A stretch of DNA of 64,000 nucleotides, taken from assembly GCF_964204645.1 (NCBI RefSeq), contig NC_134028.1:16065653-16129652 (forward strand), in the 5' to 3' direction. Below are positions 24,701 through 36,700 of the stretch, piece after piece; position 1 is the first letter of the stretch; each line of letters starts with the position of its first letter. Under the pieces are notes generated by a model that was not told the DNA's origin, made no database searches, and was given only the letters and a program-made list of their open reading frames with translations. The translations under genes were made by a program, and so were the position numbers. Origin of the DNA: Tubulanus polymorphus (Eukaryota; Animalia; Nemertea).

Positions 24701-27700
24701 TAACCTTAATTAAACTTCGTATGGATACAATCAAGATAATTCCACCCTATAATTCCACTATTCAACGATCGATGCGCAGCTTTAACATGGCGCCACCATT
24801 CATTATGCTAGTCACAATTATCTCTACGCACATCAAAATCACACTTGAATTGCAAGTGTTGACTTATGAGAAACCATCAAAATCTAGCAATTTGATTGGG
24901 AAAATAGCAGCACTATAGTTCAAAAAAGTTGATAAACCACCTCCAACTGTCTAATCATTTAAGAACTTTGCCCTCATATGGAACAATTTCCGCCTTATCA
25001 CAGATGCACTCTGCCGCTGTGATTCGCCCATTCAATGAAAAAACTTTCCCACGGTCTTACTATTAACATTTTCTTGTAATTTAGGGAAATATTTAAAAAA
25101 AGCGAAATTTCACACTCTGCATTAATAAGATTAAAGTATTTATTCGTTCGACAAATCTTCGTCTGAACTCCCACCAACAAGTTATAAGTTGTGACAAAAA
25201 AATGACGTCATCGACTCACAACCATCTTATAACCTTCATGACAACGTCATGAAGGTAAAAACTCAAGATTAAATCTAGTTCATAAAGCTGCCTGATCAGA
25301 TGAAATTTCCATGAAAATATTCATTTTTGCCAATCAAATATCGTTGATAATTGTGATTGATCATTGCAAGTCAGAACCAGTTAATCACTAATAGCCTACA
25401 TGTATTCTTATAAATCTGATTCCTCCTTTACAGGGAATATAGCTTAACCTAGTAGAGGCTACTAGTCTACCGAACAGAAGGGGCTTACGCCTATTGAACT
25501 TCAACCCTCCTAAATATCATATTCTTACATCTTATTTAACAGGGGTAGGTCCCTGGGGTATTTACTCAGTAAAATCAATTCTATTTTCGGATTATGAAGA
25601 AACAAATCTTCTGTAGGCCTACTTCACGTTGCAGCAATGTTGCCGACTCTTTTATCACAAAGTTTGTTTGAAGTTCAATTCACTAGTTCACAACAATTAT
25701 ACTATGCTTGCTTGGAACAGTGGAGCTAAAGGTGGCGTACAACTTCAAGCGACCTAGAAAAGATCTCCTATCCACCGCAGCATCCAAGATGCTCACACCG
25801 AATATCAAGCTTGAGTCCTGCTTACGGATAAGAATGTGTAATATACAGGTATTTAGTAAATATCCCGTGGATTTGGTAAAGATCGGTATGCACTGTAGGA
25901 AAAATAGAATATTGATAAATAGTTGAAACCTGCGGCCGAATCAGTGGTAGTAGATGACGACTCAAAAAACATGTCGCCTCTTTGAATGGGGCTAAATTTT
26001 CGATGTTTACGACGCGACAGTACTTTTGTAATGTTGATTCATGATAATACACACGGAGTATATGTAGATCGAAGTGAGCTGAAGGATATCATACAGATTG
26101 TATCGGCAACACTGGCAAGAAAACAAAGCTTATTTAGTGAAAATAGTGTGACATAAAATAATAATAATAAGAAACACGCGAATCTCTGCGAAGGGTTTTC
26201 TGTGATATAACAGAAAACACTAATGAATATTTCTTTGCAGTCTTTGTTACGATATCTTTGTAATAATTATGTTATGAATAATCTCAGTCATCCCAACTGT
26301 TTATTGTAAATGAATTGAATAAGCATTGCCAATAAAACAATAGAAAATTCATCAAAATACCCTGGCCTCTTCTCCGCTCAATCGTACCCTATTGGCTGTG
26401 TGAAGACTTTGGACTGAAATTGCACTGATATTCATGTGAGAATAACATAAGCTTGGATAAAAACGTAAATAATTCAGTTTGGACAGTTAGAAAAATATTG
26501 ATTTTTTGGAAAATACAGTAAATATGGGCGCTACAATTGCCGACACAGCGTATGATGACCATAAACACAATCCAATGACCTTGAAACTAAACGTAGTCAT
26601 AAAATAAAAAATATCTGTGGCTATGAGTACAAAGAGGTAAATTGTATATAATCCAATATTCGAATCCCCTGGTGGCAAGAACAAGAACATGGGTAACCCC
26701 AATTTCATGTGAGGACATGAAAACTATGACAGTGATACTATTTATCAAATATCAAGATGATAAGTCACAACCTGTTGATATTTTACTAAAAAAAACCTTT
26801 TTCGATCTATAAATCAGGACTGATGCCACCAAGATGGCTGCCTATAATGTCACGCTTGACTAATCAAAGAATCATTTTGATATGTATAAGAGCCCTTCTC
26901 TAAGTATAACCACCATGAATTTCAATGAAAAATGGCAAACCATTCGGAAGCTGCAGGTCTCAGAAAATGACCTTTTTGTTGGGGTATTTGGGACCGCTGG
27001 ACCGAGAGGGTGGGCAACACAGCCAGTTCCACAAGGGTGTAGCAATATGTACACATTAGTACGTAGTTGTTGTACTTTCAGTAAAAAGTAAATAAAATGA
27101 ATTAAATTGAGAGCCTGAATCTGGATAAGTGGCAACTCTGCATGAAATGAGGTTCATAGGTAGACTAAACGTACCACAAAAGTCTATGGTACCAGAGTAT
27201 CGATACACACCATTCTCTAAGCAAACTATTTCGGACGGGTCTCCAGAGGCATAAATTAAGGAACACTGTCAGAATATGACTAAGTAAAAAGATCAAGGCC
27301 AATTTCAGAAATAACAAAAAACATGCTCCTTTTAGGATCGAATCCCGTTAAAAGCTGAAGTTAGCAGTATACCCTGGTACCAGTCTAACTTACCTAGCTT
27401 GTCCACTCCCCGGTCAGAAACCAATGAATCCAATCCAGGCACTGAAAAAAGTGTTTGAAGTCACAAATGTATTCTTGCAAAAATACATCAACAAAAAATA
27501 GAATGTGTTTCTCCCTGGAGAAAGCAAATATTAAAATGGCAAGTAATTAAAATTAGGTAACAAAGATATTGCATACTTCATAACAGCAGTTTTCTTAAGC
27601 ATTCAGTAAGTTTATAAGAATTATTGGTTTAAGTCTGAACAATTTTCTATTTGAACAGCGCTGCCAACTTAGATTTCATCTTTTGCTGAACACATGCCCA

Positions 27701-30700
27701 AATTTTCCAGTAGTCCCAAATTCTAAAACCGATTTCTGTTTCCTGACTTCTGACACTGTACTAGGGCACCGTCTTCAACATAGTACAAATGGCGCACTAG
27801 TAGTGTCATATTGAGAGTATAAGAGAGTTGACCAGTATGATTCTGGGAGATTTAAGATCGACTATGCAATTAGCCATAAAAAATGATTGAGTTTTTCGGT
27901 AACTTATCAATTTTTTTAAAAATCGTAACAATTTTCTAAAAAACAGAATGCCGTATTTTCATACGATTTTACGGAACAGTTACGGAAAAATCAGAACAGT
28001 TGGCAGCTTTGCTTGTAGGTGCTCAGACCGTTCCCAGCTAATAACTAACTTAAGCTTAAGCTTTAGCTTAAGATTGGTAATTTTTATAGCTTTCGACAAG
28101 ACAGCGATCTTTGGCAGTTTAATGAACTTTTCTGCCAGAGAGTGGTAGTCCTACATGCTTTAAATAGTTTCATGTTCTTACAACCATTTATAAATCAAAT
28201 TCCTCAGTAAAGCTCTGCACTTACATTTTTTTAGATTTGGTAACCTAATGTTTGCAATATGTTTTCGTGCCTTTTTGTGGTAAGCAATCATAATAAAAGT
28301 TTTTCTACTGGCTACACAGGGAATCAATTTGAGAGTAATTGTGACTGCTGGTTCATTTATTAAGTGTGTAGAGTGCAGTAGTGTCTTAACCGATTCGGAT
28401 TTTTTTCTTTATTTTGGCGCAAGGTCTCAAAAACTCCTTATGGAGAACACTGTGTAGTGGGAATATGCTCCAAAATGGCTAATTAACACAACAAAATGAC
28501 TGTAGCAGCCATCTTGGATGACCTTTATATATCAACCAGGCCGGGGTCCAGGGACACCATGCCCACTAGGGAAGTGCTCAACAATCTAAAAATTTCAATA
28601 TTCAACGCCCCCCTGGTGATCATATGCAAAAACCAATGACCTTGAACTCGCCCAATCATAGCACATGACATGAGCAACAACTTTGCGATGGATCATGGTA
28701 AAAAAATATGCCTAGGTACCAACATGATAAGGTTATACTAAGTTATTCTACTATTCACCCCCTCCCCCCTGGTGGCCATATACAAAAACCAATGACCTTG
28801 AAACTCACCACAATCATAGAACACGTTATGAGCTAAAACTTTCCACTGATTGTGGTTACAAAATATCCTTCAATATATGTATCAATATAATGTGGAAAAA
28901 CATTTTTCCACCTACAAATGAGTACTGATGACACAATGGCCGCCTATTGCGTAAAATTTGGCTGATCAAAAATACTTGTCTTTCCAAATAATACCCATCA
29001 CAAATTGCATTGAAAAATGGCAAACCAGTAGGAAGCTACAGGACTCAGAATTCAGACCAAAATTGCCATTTTTGGGCACAAAAAAAAGGTCATAGGACGG
29101 CCATCTTGATTCCAACCGGCTCAATATTTCTTAAGCTTATTATGCAGGGATAAAAACAGAGGCCCTTAAAAAATGCAGATATATTGGAAATAAAAGTATT
29201 AGGCTAACTGGTGCTGGTCAAGCCAGCAGCCACAAGCACCGAAGGTGTGACGACCCTAAGGCTATTAAGTCTTCAGTCTTCAGGCATTGGCATGCGAAAA
29301 TACCCTTCTTAGCCACACGGGTTTGCAGCAGTTTCTTCAACTTACCAGCTAACTCTTCCTCCATCCGGCTCGAGGGACTAGAAAATGTCGGCAAAACCAA
29401 CTTACGGCAAAGTAGTAAGAGCGAAGAGTGTGATGTCAAGCTGAAGTCTATTTTTTAACTGAACAACATTCATAAAATTACATGGGTTTAGGCCTATATA
29501 GTAAGGTAGGTTGACAATAAAGTTTACTGTAGAAAAATAGTGCCAGACACTGATTTTGCACAATAATTTGGACCTAGGTGAACTATATTACAATACAAAT
29601 ATTTGTGGAGTTCATGCAACCATCAACTTACTGGAAATAAATACAGTGGACAGATTGAAAGATCAAAATAAAATAAATGACCATAAAAATGGAATAATAA
29701 TGTGATAAATCTGTAACACCATCAATTCCAACCTCTACGATGCTCCTATGAAAAAATTTGTAGTGTGTATATCCAGTTGGTTATAATTCGATCCACCAGG
29801 AGCTAACTTAAATTTACTTGCAGAGCCATTCTATAAGGACAACAAAGTCGATCCTAAAAATGTGTATAAGGTACAGATTTTTGTGAACAACAAATATTGC
29901 CGCCAGTTGGCCAACTTGATTCTGATTAGGGACAGTTTTTGGTCTGCAGATGTGTCCAGGGTGAATCGATTATCAAGTCGATCATTTGAAACATCTTTGG
30001 TACTTCCCAAAATAGTAAAAAACCATAGTAAATGCAAAAAGTACAAGTTAACGCAATAGCATCGCTGGAACTAGAGTCCCACGTGGGCTAAAGATGAAAA
30101 CAAACCTGGTGGTAAATTGTAGTATGATTGAAGTAACGTAGCTGGGTAAGTCACTTCAGAAGCATCTTCTATTTCGTTTTCACTATCAGTGAGGTCAGGC
30201 GGACTTCCAGGAGGAGGTCCAACAGGTTTTCCCCAATGTCGTTGCGTTGTTGATGGTACCAAACTTGAGAATATAAAGATATTACAAATCATGTGCCTAA
30301 AAATCATAGCAATCAATAAGCGGATACCTACATGATAATACACAGAGTTCACGGAGTTTTCTAGCACATTTATGCCATGTAATATATATTCTTTTTTTAA
30401 GGAATTATGTGCATCTACTAATGTGCAAGAATATATTTCTGTGGAGTAAAGTGATGGAGGTAGGCACTTAGCTTTCACATAGGGCCTAATAGGTACCATG
30501 TATCAAAACACAAAGGACCCAAGGTGGAGCAGCATTTCCATTAAATGTTATTTTTTATAAGAAAATTGTCCTGAAACTGTAGACCATAGTGGGAACAGAC
30601 TTTAATGTGGCTATTTTACACACAAACGACTGTGGCAGCCATCTCAGATGACCTGTATATGTCAAAAACAATAAGGCTGTATATGTCACAAACAATAGGG

Positions 30701-33700
30701 GTCATCCTCCTTCCATCACAAAACAACAAATCAAGTAATAAGAATTGGTCTGAAATTGTAGACTGTAGACCAGGAACAAGCTCAAATAGAATGACACAAG
30801 AGCCTCAGCCTCTAATGCCCCGGCCTGGAATTCTGTCACATGAAGTTATTGGGTTGGTGGTGAATGTGTTGGAAATAACGTATTTCAAAAATTTAATTGT
30901 TTGAATAATATTAGACATGTGTACAAAGTTTAAAGAATTGGCCAACAGTTGCAGCTCAAGGCAGTTCTTCCCTGGTGGCCATAAGTTGAATCTTAATTGT
31001 GGTTCTGCCTTTAAACCAGGTGACATCACCATTGTTAGTGAAAATAATCTTGCATCGTTTGAAAACAGTAACCAAATGTTTCAGAACAGTATTTTTCATG
31101 GGGAGATTCTCTCTTTTCTGTCCCCACTGCCAGTGAAAAGTTTGAAAATCTAAAAGAATTAAGGCTACCCCATAACTCAAGTTGTTACCCGCAAAAATAG
31201 TATCTTGTTAAGAGTGATCGGCGGGTTCACACCCAAAATCTAAGTAACAAGGAACATAGAATGATATTACAAAGGGGTTATTTAGGTTCTACAGAGATTA
31301 AGTACAACTATATATGGATGAATAGATTTGAATTTGCAGTCTTACAGAATGAGAATAAACAAGGTCCTTGGAGTCAAGGTAGGGGTTCCTGATAGTATGT
31401 GGCATCTAAATACGCAGTAGCAATATTTTCATATCATACACCCATATGCTGTGATAAATTTGACCCAAGTCGTTACAATTCAAATAGAGGCCCACACAGC
31501 TTAAACCTTCAGGATGAAATAGAACTATTTAGTATTGAATGCTCTACAAAAAGATATATTAAGGTAACAAGATTGAAAATACTTAAGGTGCACTTGCAGA
31601 ACCGAGGGTTCAAGGTAAGGCTTTACAGCAAAATTGTTCATTGTTCGTTTTCTGGTCACATGAATGAGGCTTTGTTCCACAGGGGCCATATTTATCTCAG
31701 TAAAACGTGTAAGAAGGGAGTCAATTCACTCAGGTAAGTCTGATGTGTATCAAAATTATCAAAAATGCAAAAAAATAACTGTTTGGGCGGACGATGGACA
31801 AAAAGTGAACACAATTGCCCATTAACACTCAAGTCCTGATTGCACAAAAACTTTCAAATCCAGTCAATGATTATTTTCATATATCATACTCACTCAAATG
31901 CAGACTTTTTCAAAATTCCCTTTGGCAGCACATTCGGCAGCATAGGAGTTGGTTGGGGTTTATCTGGTAGTGGGATCTGAGCAGTGGCTAAAAGAAACCA
32001 GTTAAAGTTATCTTAAATGGTCTATTCAGAATTGGAATGAAGATCTGAAGCTAGAAATCATTTTCTGTAGAACTAGGAGAAAGACTAGATTAAAGAATGA
32101 AGCGAAATGTCCATTGTTTTGAAAATCATTAATTTTCAGCAGATTATGATGGTACTTGGACACAACACTGATGGCAGATAGCTAAACAAGTGTACACAAA
32201 TTCAGGACTGATCCATTCAACAGAGTAAAAGATTTTACGTTGCTGAATTTAGGTACTATGAATGTGTTCTTGCTCAGGGGTTTTAGCTTGGCGGCCCACT
32301 ATGCTACAGCACTTTACCGCCACATAAATAAGATTCGCCACGCTTAAAAAAATTCCATCACGCTTAAAAAATGATTGGGAGCTTATCTACTAATCATACA
32401 ATGGTTTACACGCTCAACTCTATTATCAGTGCATCAATAGACTTCACAGCTCCATGTCTAGTGTAGTAAAGCCTCTATACGTCAATACTTGTATAATTTT
32501 GCGCGAGTGCGTGCTGCAATTCTGGTAGTATGCATATCCATCCACAAATTCAAGTTCTTGATTTACTCGTTTGATCGTGCTAATCAGAACCGGAAATTGG
32601 AACCTAAATCCACCATGTTTTAGTTCATTTGCAATGAAAATCTGTCGCTTCAAGTTTTCAATGAGTGATATTTTACATACTATATATCGTTAGCGTAATC
32701 CTTTAAATATGATACCCTACCGCTACGTTGGATATGATAAAACCTCACTGCAAAGGCTTAAATCACTATAAATGTCCTAAAATTATCCTTTCCTTTTCGT
32801 TATTCATCTTTCTCAATCCTAAGGATATCGTTGTGGTGGACAATCGCCCCCACATATGGTCCCTCGAACCAGATAGTATACATCGTGACAATCGGACAAT
32901 GGTAAAAATCATGAAAATCGTTCTAAATCGTTTCGAAATAGAACGACATCGTTCGTCAAAATGAATGACGTGGAACAAATCGAGGATGGCGAGCCGGAAA
33001 TGAAGGACAAGGAATTTTCCGTCTCGGATCAAAAACAGGAAAAGAAAATAACAAAGGTCACGACATCATTAATTGCAGAAAAAGATGTAAGTAAAATAAC
33101 AATTACAACTACTAAGTACTGGAATTACAACTACTCCAGGAAACTACATTTGTAATCTTAGATAACCTCTCAGAGAACGACAACGGAAATTCAGATGCCT
33201 ATGACCATGAGGCTGAGGAGATTCAGCATTCATACGACAAAACCGTTGCCGAGGTCAACAGTAGAATTTCGTAACACGTTGCCCCTGAAGTTGAAAGAGA
33301 AATAAATAATTCTTAAGATATCCCATCATCAAAACCAAAAAATCATCGTTAGTCCGGGACTTGTGTGAACAAATGAAGCGGATAAAAATACCAATATTTA
33401 ACGGAATCAAAGGCGATTTCCGCGTTTTCATCGACACATTCAATGAGTGTACAGGAAGAACATCGAGTTCGGCAGCATACAAAATGCTGCATTTAAAAAA
33501 GCATTTAGAGGGCAACGCTCTGAAAGCCATAGATGGATTGCCAGCATCCGAAATTGGGTATGAAACCGCATTAAAAAAATTAGAAAAGCGCTTTGGAGGG
33601 GAACGGCGGTACTTAATAACCTTGAGACCATCAGAACCGCTAAACCACTCGCTGCTGGTGATCTCGAGGCCCTAGAAGAATTTTCTGATAGATTGGAACT

Positions 33701-36700
33701 AGCTGTAGTAAGCCTACGAGAACATGGTAGGAAAGAAGAATTTCAGTCGGATTCTATGTTTTATTGTGTTGTAAAATCTAAAATGCCCGTCGCTTATGTA
33801 GCCCAGTATAAGAGGTGGTTACACCGGGACATTCAGCCAGATAACTTAGAATCGTCATTATGCTGGCTTGAAATCGAACTGGCAATTCGTCAAGAAGCGC
33901 GGGAAGAAGGTCAAAAGTTCCGTCAACAGCCATCATCAGACAGAAGCACTTATTTTGGTGCCAATCACTCTAACCAAAGCAGGTGAAGAGAAGCGAACAC
34001 GAAAATAGATAGGAGCCACGATTTTTCTTTTTAAAATAATAAAGACATTAAGCAAGAATAAGTTGCATTTCCTTCAAATGACAATCCACTACGATCATCG
34101 GATAAAGTTTATTGCCACCATAGACTACCGCCCCCCTGGCTCTTTGAAGAGACAGGGAACCAGTCTTCAATTGAATTCAGAATTTATTTTACAGAAAAGC
34201 GGGTTTTATTGTGAAATTTTGTGTCAATGAAGAATGAATTGAATTGTCGGCAGCACTATGCAGCGCATGAATACCAATTTCATGAATGATAGCGCACGCT
34301 CAACCAAGGTTGGTATGCGCTGTTCAAATAACAAAGACGATTAAACAAAATCATAAAACAATGAAAAAGACAACCGATATAGCCTATATACGAAAGGAAC
34401 CTAGATTTTATTAATGCATTAAATGTGTGTAAATATCAGAGCCCAAGAAAGTTTCTAACAAAAGTTATCGACTCCCCAAGCAAGTTATCAATCCCTGTGA
34501 TAGCAATATGGGCTTGCAAGCATGCAAGCCCATGAAAATTCATCGAATCGAAGATAGATGGATTATCTGCGAGGAAAACAATATTTGTTTTAGATGCTTG
34601 GGCACTGGGCATAGAGGCGGGAGCTGTCAAAGGGCGAAATGTGGTGTGACTGCAAAAGGACGCATCATAAACTCCTGCACATACAACCACGGGAAGATTC
34701 ACGGTCAGACTTGAACCCGACAGCACAAGAATTCGTGCCAGATGTAGCTCACACGCACAACACCGTCAGATCACGTGAACTCTTAGCTATGCAGACATTT
34801 CCTGTAATTCTGACAAATCAGGGCAAAGAAGAGCACATCCATGCTTTACTCGACGAGTGCTCCATAGATTGCTATCTCAGCCAGGAAACCGCAAATAAAC
34901 TCGGCCTCACTGGGACTGAAACAAGTATGAGCGTATCGGTTCTTGGCGGGAAATCGAGCACAGTTCACGGCAAGCGCGTAGACGTCTGCATTCTTGACGC
35001 CGAAAAAAGAAAATGTCAAGGGAAAATTAGCGCGTTCACGGTTCAGAAAGTTACCGGTAGAATGGAAGTAATCGACTGGAATGAAGAAAAAGATAGGTGG
35101 CCTCATCTACAAGGCATAAATATCCCTTCAGCTGCATGACGTCATAAAATTGACAAGTTAATAGGATTGAACGACTGCGCGCTAAGATTGCATCAATGCA
35201 TTGCTGAAATTCCTGGTAAAGCAGGTGAACCTGTTGCTCGACTAACTCCACTGGGGTGGACCTGTATAGGACCTGTACCCACCGGCGTCTATCAACTGGC
35301 TCACAGTGCAACGTATTTCTTAAAGTCTGATGAGCTGACCGATCTCATAAAGCGTTCATGGGAACTTGACCAAGATGGTTTAAAAGATTTAAGTTTTTCG
35401 TCAGTAGAAAGAAATATAGATCTAGAAACAGCAAAAGCAATGAAACGACGTACTTGTGGCAGATACCAGGTTAAGATTCCCTGGAAGGAAAATGAGCCGG
35501 TCCTGAAAAACAACTACCAACTTGCATTTTCCAGCTTAAAAAATACCGAACAAAAATAATGGTAAAACAACCACAGGTATCAGCTGAATACAACAAAGTC
35601 ATTGAAAGCTACCAGAAACTAGAATGTCGCTGAAGACGACTGATGCCCCCACATCAGGTGAAACGCCTGAGAGTAAAGTACAAGATTAATTCATTAATTA
35701 TTTTACATAGTAATCGTAAACAATCAGTGAATTAGAGCCGGAAATGAAAGTTCCAAAACAACTTCTGGTGACCTTGACCTTTGACCTACAGGACCCAACA
35801 TCTTATCAGTTATCTATTTGCTCTAGGACAATCCATCAATTTAATTTCACCAAGTTATCTTAAACCGGAAATGAAAATATCAAAATAACTTCTGGTGACC
35901 TTGACCTTAGACCTACAGGACCTGATATCTAAACAGTCACTGAAGGTCTCTAGGGTAACCCATCCATAAAATTTCAGCAAGTTATCTTAAATCGTTCATG
36001 AGTTAGAGCCCGGAAATTTAAAATACAAAACAGCTCATGGTGACCTTGACCTTTGACCTACAGGTTCCAAAATCTAATCAGTTACCCACGGTCACTATGA
36101 TAACCCATCCATAGAATTTCACTGAGTTATCTCAAATCCTTTATGAATTAGAGCCCGGAGATTAAATTTACAAAATGGCTTCCTGTGACCTTGACCTTGG
36201 ACTTACAGGACCCAAAATCTAATCAATTACCCCCAGTCTCAAGGATAACTCATCCATTAAATTTCACTAAGTTATCTTAAACCTTTTATGAGTTTGAGCC
36301 CGGAAATGAAATTTACAAAATGACTTCCTGTGACCTTGAACCTACAAGATCCAAAATCTAATCACTTACTAACCTCCTCTAGTACAACACAGTTGTTAAA
36401 TTTCAGGAAAATTTGTCAAAGGGTTTGGGTGCTACGGACAGACGGACGGACAGACGAAGTGAATATAGTATGCCCCCACAACGCGTTGTGGGGGCATAAA
36501 AAGGGTACATCACAAAGGTACCAGTTACTGATGAGGCGTGGTATCTGCCTCATTTTCCAGTCATCCGTCCCGATAAGACAACGCCTAAAGTCAGGATTGT
36601 GATGGATGCAGCCGCCAAGTCAGACGGAAAATCACTGAACGATTGTATAAATTCTGGCCCTAAGTTGCAGAATGATTTGTTAAATGTTTTGCTAAAATTT

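Larger units (their letters stand above)
20755..25372. mobile_element. Composite repeat copy 2 (CR1/L2 RT scrap) interrupted by nested HINEs
   Basis: Same terminus and RT relic (FQKAFDKV, SGVTQGS, LIND) as 9800-11340; 25258-25372 matches 11230-11340; continuity across the nested insertions is inferred. Confidence 0.65.

Noticed and set aside
25700-26050. Possible transposase C-terminal relic
   Set aside because: The resemblance is too weak to support without an HMM search.
35622-35680. Hammerhead-ribozyme-like string GTC-G-CTGAAGA-[CTGATG..CATCAG]-GAAAC in the HINE A terminus (also at 14672-14712)
   Set aside because: Stem I is absent (1 nt), stem II lacks the closing pair next to the core, and the GTC is not conserved in the second copy; the hairpin overlaps the subTIR.
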